From contig JBKSMP010000001.1 of NCBI GenBank assembly GCA_046881885.1, positions 1 through 12,020 of the forward strand: a stretch of 12,020 nucleotides of DNA, given 5' to 3'. The notes below the pieces were generated by a model, which did not search any database, was not told where the DNA came from, and saw only the letters and a list, made by a program, of their open reading frames with translations. This DNA is from Opitutales bacterium (GTDB lineage Bacteria; Verrucomicrobiota; Verrucomicrobiia; Opitutales; UBA9783). A program made the translations under genes and the position numbers. Positions 7,170 through 12,020 of the stretch are shown in pieces; position 1 is the stretch's first letter, and each line of letters opens with the position of its first letter.

Positions 7170-8055
7170 GCAATGATTCAAACACCTTGTTGACAACTGT
7201 CAAGCTCTTGTCAGACAAGGGACATAATGGCAAACGTACTTCTGGACTTCGAATAATACCCGCTTGATACAAAAATTGCTTGATCGGAACTGGATTGGTT
7301 TCAATAGTAAGCGCACGGAATAGTGGATAAAACTTACGATTAATATTCGAAGCTTCTTCTAGATCATTTTGTGCAGCTGCTTGATACATTTTAACCAAAG
7401 GCTTAACAATCCAATTAGAAGCAACACTGATTAGGCCTTGAGCACCTAATGCGAAAAATGGGAGCGCTAAGGCATCATCACCACCTAGAATCTTAAATTC
7501 ACTATCACTATCCTTCAGCAACTGCGAAACGCGATTACAGGATCCTCCAGCTTCTTTAATCCCAACAATATGCTTATATTCACGACGCAATCTACATACT
7601 GTATCCACATCTATTTCCACACCACAACGCGTCGGAATAGAATACAAACAAATCGACAAATTTGTCGCTTGTGCAATCGCTTCATAATGTAAATAAAGCC
7701 CATTTTGTGTCGGACGATTGTAATAAGGAGTTACAATCAAAGCTCCATCAGCACCTAAATCAGCCGCTTCCTGCGTCATTTGTATGGCTTTTTGCGTACA
7801 ATTAGATCCCGTACCAATCCATACCGGAATACGATGATTAATTTGCTTTATAAGAAATTCCAAAAGCTGCTTACGTTCTTCATCCGTTAAGGTAGAATTT
7901 TCACCGGTCGTTCCTAAAAGAACAAGCCCTTGAATACCTTCGTTCAACTGATATTCGACCAATTTCTCTAACGATGTATAATCAACTTTTCCCTCAAAAA
8001 ATGGTGTTACGAGCGCGGTAAGCACTCCTTGTAGATTTTTTTGTAAATGGCTCAT
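7156..8055 (-). CDS. dapA: 4-hydroxy-tetrahydrodipicolinate synthase (DapA)
   Basis: This is a 299-aa ORF with ATG at 8053-8055. It has the motifs LGTTGENSTLT and VTPYYNRP. The Schiff-base lysine context is HIVGIKEAGG (compare E. coli VGIKEATG). Confidence 0.93.
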   Translation of the reverse strand: MSHLQKNLQGVLTALVTPFFEGKVDYTSLEKLVEYQLNEGIQGLVLLGTTGENSTLTDEERKQLLEFLIKQINHRIPVWIGTGSNCTQKAIQMTQEAADLGADGALIVTPYYNRPTQNGLYLHYEAIAQATNLSICLYSIPTRCGVEIDVDTVCRLRREYKHIVGIKEAGGSCNRVSQLLKDSDSEFKILGGDDALALPFFALGAQGLISVASNWIVKPLVKMYQAAAQNDLEEASNINRKFYPLFRALTIETNPVPIKQFLYQAGIIRSPEVRLPLCPLSDKSLTVVNKVFESLHGDC

Positions 8056-8094
8056 AATAATTTAAATCGGACGATTTGTTAATAATTAAAGGTT

Positions 8095-8544
8095 TTAAAT
8101 TCGCATACCTGAAAATACTGGATTTTCTTGTCTAGAAGAACCTTCTTGAAGCTCTTTCAGTTTTTTGATCCAATACTCGATTGTATTTACAAAATTTTCC
8201 AAAGCTTGGTAAAACAAATGGTAATCACAGGATTCAGTAGGCATGTTTTGCGTTAATAATACCTTCTCACTGTATTGTTGAAGCCCTAAGGTAGCACCAT
8301 TTGTCTCCTGCCATTGAGCATTGGCCTCCAATAACTTAGGATAAATTTTCTTTACTTTTGCTTCGTTTATATTCCCCAAATTCGATTTAAGACTAAACGT
8401 TTTTTCATTCGTTCTAAATTCCATTTCAACGAGCATATTCTCATCAAACATCAAAAAACACTGATTCTTATCATCCAAAACCAAAGCTTCACCCAAATTA
8501 AGCTCTTTGGCTAATTGATTTAACCACTCTTGAACGTCTTGCAT
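8095..8544 (-). CDS. Class I type III secretion chaperone (CesT / SicP / Tir-chaperone family)
   Basis: The protein is 149 aa and acidic. The N-terminal helix is followed by LNLGEALVLDDKNQCFLMFDENMLVEMEF, which mirrors the SicP pattern [26 protein letters not shown] as I recall it. Next come KLLEANAQWQETNGATLGL and an aromatic C-terminal helix FYQALENFVNTIEYW. The size and layout are typical of the family. This call rests on recalled family patterns, not a search. Confidence 0.75.
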   Translation of the reverse strand: MQDVQEWLNQLAKELNLGEALVLDDKNQCFLMFDENMLVEMEFRTNEKTFSLKSNLGNINEAKVKKIYPKLLEANAQWQETNGATLGLQQYSEKVLLTQNMPTESCDYHLFYQALENFVNTIEYWIKKLKELQEGSSRQENPVFSGMRI

Positions 8545-8550
8545 GTAAAT

Positions 8551-8579
8551 ATTATATCTAAAAATAAAAAAAAGGTCAA
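8551..8579 (-). promoter_or_regulatory. Near-consensus sigma70/sigma66-type promoter for the T3S chaperone gene
   Basis: On the minus strand, TTGACC (8579-8574) is followed by a 17-nt spacer TTTTTTTTATTTTTAGA (8573-8557) and then TATAAT (8556-8551). Only ATTTAC separates the -10 hexamer from the ATG at 8544. Confidence 0.6.
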
Positions 8580-8585
8580 ATGTTT

Positions 8586-9167
8586 TTATAAAAAACGATG
8601 ATATTTTATTAAGTAGCTAATACCTGAATAAGCTGTGAGCACTGTTGTTAAAATAAAATTAGCATAATTGATATAGGTTAAAGCCATAATAAGGCCATTC
8701 GGACACCAACTTTGCCCATCAATCCGCAACATTTCTATCAAAAAAAACGAACCTAAAAGAACGATTTGCAAAACCGTTTTGACCTTACCAAGCCTTTCGG
8801 CAGCCATTACAGTACCCGAAGTTGCAATAAGTGTACGTAAACCTGTAATAAAAAACTCTCGACACACAATAACGATCGCGCAAAAAATCCCCCAAGTTGG
8901 AATTAGATTTTTTCCAGCAAGAATAAGAAAAATACTAACGGTAAAAATTTTATCATTCAGGGCATCCATCAATTTGCCAAAATCTGAAATTTGATGATAT
9001 TTTCGAGCTAAATACCCATCTAGCCAGTCTGTTATACCCGCCAAAACATATAAGATAAATGCCAAAGTCTTCGCTCCCGGCCATGACGCATAAAACACTC
9101 CTCCTATGAGGAATAACATGGGTATGCGCGACATGGTAATTATATTCGGTAAACTCACACTTACCAT
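8586..9167 (-). CDS. pgsA: CDP-diacylglycerol--glycerol-3-phosphate 3-phosphatidyltransferase (CDP-alcohol phosphatidyltransferase family)
   Basis: It matches the family signature DG-x2-AR-x8-G-x3-D-x3-D exactly, as DGYLAR-KYHQISDF-G-KLM-D-ALN-D. Multiple hydrophobic helices are present. The ORF-track start at 9245 is TTG and would add 26 Lys-rich residues. The ATG at 9165-9167 (MVSVSLPNIITMSRIP) aligns with the E. coli PgsA N-terminus (MQFNIPTLLTLFRV). Confidence 0.88.
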   Translation of the reverse strand: MVSVSLPNIITMSRIPMLFLIGGVFYASWPGAKTLAFILYVLAGITDWLDGYLARKYHQISDFGKLMDALNDKIFTVSIFLILAGKNLIPTWGIFCAIVIVCREFFITGLRTLIATSGTVMAAERLGKVKTVLQIVLLGSFFLIEMLRIDGQSWCPNGLIMALTYINYANFILTTVLTAYSGISYLIKYHRFL

Positions 9168-9347
9168 TTTTGCAACAATTTTTACTTTTGCAAGAATTTT
9201 ATTACAAGACCTAAATTTCTTGCTCAATTTTAAATATTTCAACAAATATTATAATTATTAAATTGAAAGATTTGCTTAAATGGTTTTTAAGTAAGAAATT
9301 GCTTATTTATGGCTTATAATGACAATTTAAAATAATTATTTTCAGCT

Positions 9348-10580
9348 ATGAAACCTACTGAACCTTGGCAGCAAGCCTTACAAGTTTTAATCAAGCTAGA
9401 ACATGCGGATAAGAAGCTCAATGAATATTTAAAAGCATTTGAAAAAAAAGGAAATAATTATGCGGCTTGTCGGGCTTATAGTTTGAATGTTGTTAAGCAT
9501 AAATATCTATTAAATTACTTTTTAGAGAAAAATTTGCGAAAGGCAACTAAACCATTTTTAAAAGCTTTTTTGCGTTTAGTTGCAGGAGATTTGTGGCAAA
9601 GGCATTTAGAAAATCGCCTTGAAACAATGGCACCATTAATAAACGGCTGGGTGGAGCGTTCGAAAGTCGTTTTTTCAAAGTCGGAAGTTAAGTTTGTCAA
9701 TGCGGTTTTGCGAAAATTGCCTTCTTTTTTTGCAGAAGCCCAGAATTTACCTTTGTCGATTCGTTACAACATGCCCAATTGGTTGATTGAACGGTATCAG
9801 GCCTTTTATGGAGAAGCAAATACGCAACAGTATTTAGAGTGGAACCAAACACCTGCACGCGTTTATGTAAGAACGTTGCAACCATTTGAAGGCTTGATTC
9901 CTTCGCAATGGCCACAATTTTATTGTGTGAAAGATACAAATATTTGGCCAAAAGTTTTTAAGCAAGTCCAGCAAGGTCGTGCGTATATTCAAGACCCTAT
10001 GACGCGCATTCCTATTGAACAACTTGAATTGAGAGAGGGGGTGCGAGTATTGGATCTGTGTGCGGCACCTGGTGGAAAAACTATTCAGATTGCACAGATC
10101 TTAAAACAAACAGGATGTATTGTTTCTGTTGATCTTTCGGAACATATGAAACGATTTTTAGAAAATATTCGTACGTATCCGCAGGTTCATTGGTTGGCAA
10201 AAGACATCCTAGAATTAACCAAAAGCGATTTTGAGGGTCAAAAGCTTCCGGTTGTATATGATTGTGTTCTCATTGATGTTCCATGCTCCAATACTGGTGT
10301 TATTCAAAGAAAGCCAGATGTTATTCATCGCCTGACGCCTAAAGACTTTTCTTTTTTGCCGGAACTTCAACTCAAACTGTTAACGCAAGCAAGTACATTT
10401 GTAAAACCGCAAGGCTTGCTTGTTTACAGTACATGTTCGATAGATCCTGAGGAAAATGAACGCCTTATTGCAAGTTTTTTGAAGAAAAACCCCAATTTTA
10501 GCTTGCAAAAATCTCAAATCAGTCTTCCTTGGGAAGTGCAACATGACGGTGGTGCATCTTTTTGTTTAAGGCGTGAATAG
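9348..10580 (+). CDS. rsmB: 16S rRNA (cytosine-C5)-methyltransferase, RsmB/Sun (NOL1/NOP2/Sun) family
   Basis: This is a 410-aa ORF with an N-terminal helical NusB-like region. The SAM-binding motif is VLDLCAAPGGKT. The two catalytic-cysteine motifs are IDVPCSNTGVIQRKPD and LVYSTCS. Confidence 0.85.
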   Translation: MKPTEPWQQALQVLIKLEHADKKLNEYLKAFEKKGNNYAACRAYSLNVVKHKYLLNYFLEKNLRKATKPFLKAFLRLVAGDLWQRHLENRLETMAPLINGWVERSKVVFSKSEVKFVNAVLRKLPSFFAEAQNLPLSIRYNMPNWLIERYQAFYGEANTQQYLEWNQTPARVYVRTLQPFEGLIPSQWPQFYCVKDTNIWPKVFKQVQQGRAYIQDPMTRIPIEQLELREGVRVLDLCAAPGGKTIQIAQILKQTGCIVSVDLSEHMKRFLENIRTYPQVHWLAKDILELTKSDFEGQKLPVVYDCVLIDVPCSNTGVIQRKPDVIHRLTPKDFSFLPELQLKLLTQASTFVKPQGLLVYSTCSIDPEENERLIASFLKKNPNFSLQKSQISLPWEVQHDGGASFCLRRE

Positions 10581-10631
10581 ATATTCCCCACAATATTAAA
10601 TCGTTTTTAAAAATTTAAGTTTTGAGGCTTT

Positions 10632-12020
10632 TTAATTTGTACCTTCAATTTTTGGCACTTCTATACTTTCAGACTGAATTTTCTTAATAAGTTCTTTAAA
10701 TTCTTGTTTTAAAACCAGTACCTGATCCCATTCTTCATTGGAAAGTTCCTCGGGTTTATTTTTTACATTTACGTAACCAACTATAGGCTGGATATCCTGG
10801 CCATTTATGTATTGTGCATAATCATTTAATTTTTCTCTATCATAAAAGCGCAAGGAGATATTTTTCTTTGCTAATCGTTTCGAGAATTGTTCTAATGATT
10901 CCGCACTGTATTTAGTAAACCCCTTGCCTTTTTTGATTTCATCAAAATCCCTTGAATAAACCCCCAAATAAATAGTTTCCAAATTTCTTATTTTATCTAA
11001 ATGTTTAATAAAATCAAATTTTCCCATATTTATATGAAGAAGTCGACCATCATACATCAAAACACCTTGATAAATAAAAGTTTTACAAGAGACGTTTTCG
11101 CCAATATCATCCCTTCCTGGACTAACATAAAACAAGGTATTGCAAGTTGCATTTTTTATATAAGTAGTATCAATGGTTGTGATAAACAAAGTATCTTCAA
11201 GGTCTTGAGAATCAAAAACAGGCATAAGCCTACCATTTTCTCTAATGAAATATCGAGAGTTTAATCTAATGTAATGTGAATATTCAATTGGGATTTTTGC
11301 TTCAAAAATACCTTCACTATCACTGTTGCTACGCATAAGTAAACCCTGCACTTGTTTATCACGTATATATAGATATAATTGCTTTCTAAGTTCTTTTGCA
11401 GGAACTGAATCATAATTAATAGCTGTAATGTTAATTTTTAGATTTTCAATACCTAACTTTTTAAGTTTCAAATAGTCATCAAAAGACTTAATATCTGTAC
11501 AATAATCATTTACTTTGCAGTTAGCTAGATCATAGTTTTTTTCAATTTCATCTTTAAGGTCTAAAGGTACTTCTTTAAAAACAATAGGCTTGTTGTTTTT
11601 AATTGATAGGTTATAAAGTTTTTCAAACATATCTGTATCTCGACAATATGAAACATGAAGACTTTCAACAGAAAATTCATCTGTTTCTTCTATAGGTACT
11701 TCATCCAAAGATTCAAGATGTTGATATTTAAAAACAATAGGCTTTTTACCTAGTTTTTTAGCTTTGTCCGTATGTAATGGCCTTAGTTTTGCAAGAATTC
11801 GATTAAGCTCTTTCTTAGAATTTTTATTTACATCTCCTAGAAAAGAAACATACATTAAACGAATAGGATATTCTATAACATACTGATCCATACCTTTTTG
11901 AATCACAAAACCATTTCTTTCGTAAAAAGCATCCCAATCAGGAATCACTTGTACTTTTAATTCTTCGTTTGCTATTGTAGGTTTCTCTTTTACTTCATTG
12001 TTAGTTGTTGCCGTTTCTTG
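10632..12020 (-). CDS. Hypothetical protein, partial (N-terminus probably outside the window); lineage-specific orphan
   Basis: The stop is TAA at 10632-10634. The ORF-track start at 11948 is GTG. The same frame stays open for all 24 remaining codons (QETATTNNEVKEKPTIANEELKVQ) up to position 12020, so the gene likely begins off-window. The sequence is very AT-rich and K/N/I/Y/D/E-rich, and I recognise no catalytic motif. Confidence 0.75.
   Translation of the reverse strand, partial: QETATTNNEVKEKPTIANEELKVQVIPDWDAFYERNGFVIQKGMDQYVIEYPIRLMYVSFLGDVNKNSKKELNRILAKLRPLHTDKAKKLGKKPIVFKYQHLESLDEVPIEETDEFSVESLHVSYCRDTDMFEKLYNLSIKNNKPIVFKEVPLDLKDEIEKNYDLANCKVNDYCTDIKSFDDYLKLKKLGIENLKINITAINYDSVPAKELRKQLYLYIRDKQVQGLLMRSNSDSEGIFEAKIPIEYSHYIRLNSRYFIRENGRLMPVFDSQDLEDTLFITTIDTTYIKNATCNTLFYVSPGRDDIGENVSCKTFIYQGVLMYDGRLLHINMGKFDFIKHLDKIRNLETIYLGVYSRDFDEIKKGKGFTKYSAESLEQFSKRLAKKNISLRFYDREKLNDYAQYINGQDIQPIVGYVNVKNKPEELSNEEWDQVLVLKQEFKELIKKIQSESIEVPKIEGTN
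11574..11744 (-). repeat. Exact 18-nt direct repeat (two copies, 153 nt apart) inside the right-edge orphan ORF
   Basis: The sequence tttaaaaacaataggctt occurs at 11574-11591 and again at 11727-11744. On the coding strand it reads AAG CCT ATT GTT TTT AAA, encoding KPIVFK, and it is in frame in both copies. Confidence 0.9.

Noticed and set aside
7190-7203. TTGACA-AC-TGTCAA inverted repeat as a pair of divergent -35 elements or an operator
   Set aside because: No -10 element follows at proper spacing on either strand. It lies within coding sequence at the dapA/dapB junction, and the arms are only 6 bp. I mention it only as possible local structure.
8056-8094. Lysine riboswitch (L-box) or other leader upstream of dapA
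   Set aside because: The intergenic gap is only 39 nt and has no conserved helices, so it is far too short for a riboswitch.
8779-8994. Plus-strand ORF antisense to pgsA
   Set aside because: It is nested in pgsA, which has an exact CDP-alcohol phosphatidyltransferase signature. It has no supporting features.
9168-9245. 5' extensions given by the ORF track for pgsA (TTG at 9245), dapB (TTG at 7196) and ruvX (TTG at 2717)
   Set aside because: All three start at TTG. The extra residues are Lys-rich or non-conserved, and the downstream ATGs reproduce the canonical family N-termini. I kept them only as alternatives.
9248-9320. Two perfect TATAAT hexamers in the pgsA/rsmB divergent region (minus strand 9253-9248, plus strand 9315-9320)
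   Set aside because: Neither has a recognisable -35 element or a TG extension at proper spacing, and TATAAT is expected by chance in such AT-rich DNA. They are plausible -10 elements for the divergent genes but are not supportable as calls.
9515-10022. Three minus-strand ORFs (9515-9700, 9697-9951, 9834-10022) antisense to rsmB
   Set aside because: They are nested in rsmB, short, and without motifs.
10581-10631. Possible terminator between the convergent rsmB and the right-edge orphan
   Set aside because: Only AT-only palindromes are present (TTAAAT...ATTTAA, TTTTTAAAAA). There is no G/C-containing stem, so they are too weak to call.
11001-11264. Plus-strand 87-aa ORF antisense to the right-edge orphan
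   Set aside because: It is much shorter than the 462-codon minus-strand frame that it overlaps, and its translation is low-complexity.
1-12020. CRISPR arrays, IS elements, integrase-linked tRNA islands, rRNA genes
   Set aside because: No spaced direct repeats, terminal inverted repeats or transposase/integrase-like ORFs were found. The tRNA-Gln is flanked by ruvA and secA, not by mobile-element genes.

Overview
This is an AT-rich bacterial chromosome segment that reads as core genome, probably from a member of the Chlamydiae. That assignment is inferred from a chlamydia-like SecA N-terminus and a CesT/SicP-type type III secretion (T3S) chaperone, and it was not checked by any search. The minus strand carries one long co-directional string from 9167 down to 2283: pgsA, T3S chaperone, dapA, dapB, ruvA, tRNA-Gln(CUG), secA, ruvX. 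rsmB diverges on the plus strand at 9348-10580. Two visibly more AT-rich orphan ORFs bracket this conserved block. One is a 603-aa ORF (255-2066, +). The other is a minus-strand ORF that stops at 10632 and is still open at the right window edge, with at least 462 codons visible. Three ORF-track starts (2717, 7196, 9245) are TTG codons, and nearby ATGs fit the protein families better. I found no rRNA, CRISPR array, transposase/integrase or IS-like repeats, and I do not see a convincing multi-gene novel system. The best leads are: (1) a near-consensus TTGACC-17-TATAAT promoter only 6 nt upstream of the T3S chaperone ATG, which implies a leaderless mRNA; (2) the T3S chaperone sitting among housekeeping genes with no adjacent effector; (3) the 603-aa orphan, which has an effector-like layout of Ser/Thr-rich N-terminus, KSKRKKTK basic cluster and a C-terminal HicA-like GSH / HxHGKDxP motif; (4) the right-edge orphan, which has an exact in-frame 18-nt repeat marking a duplicated 51-aa module. 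All functional ideas for the two orphans rest on motif-level resemblance only.
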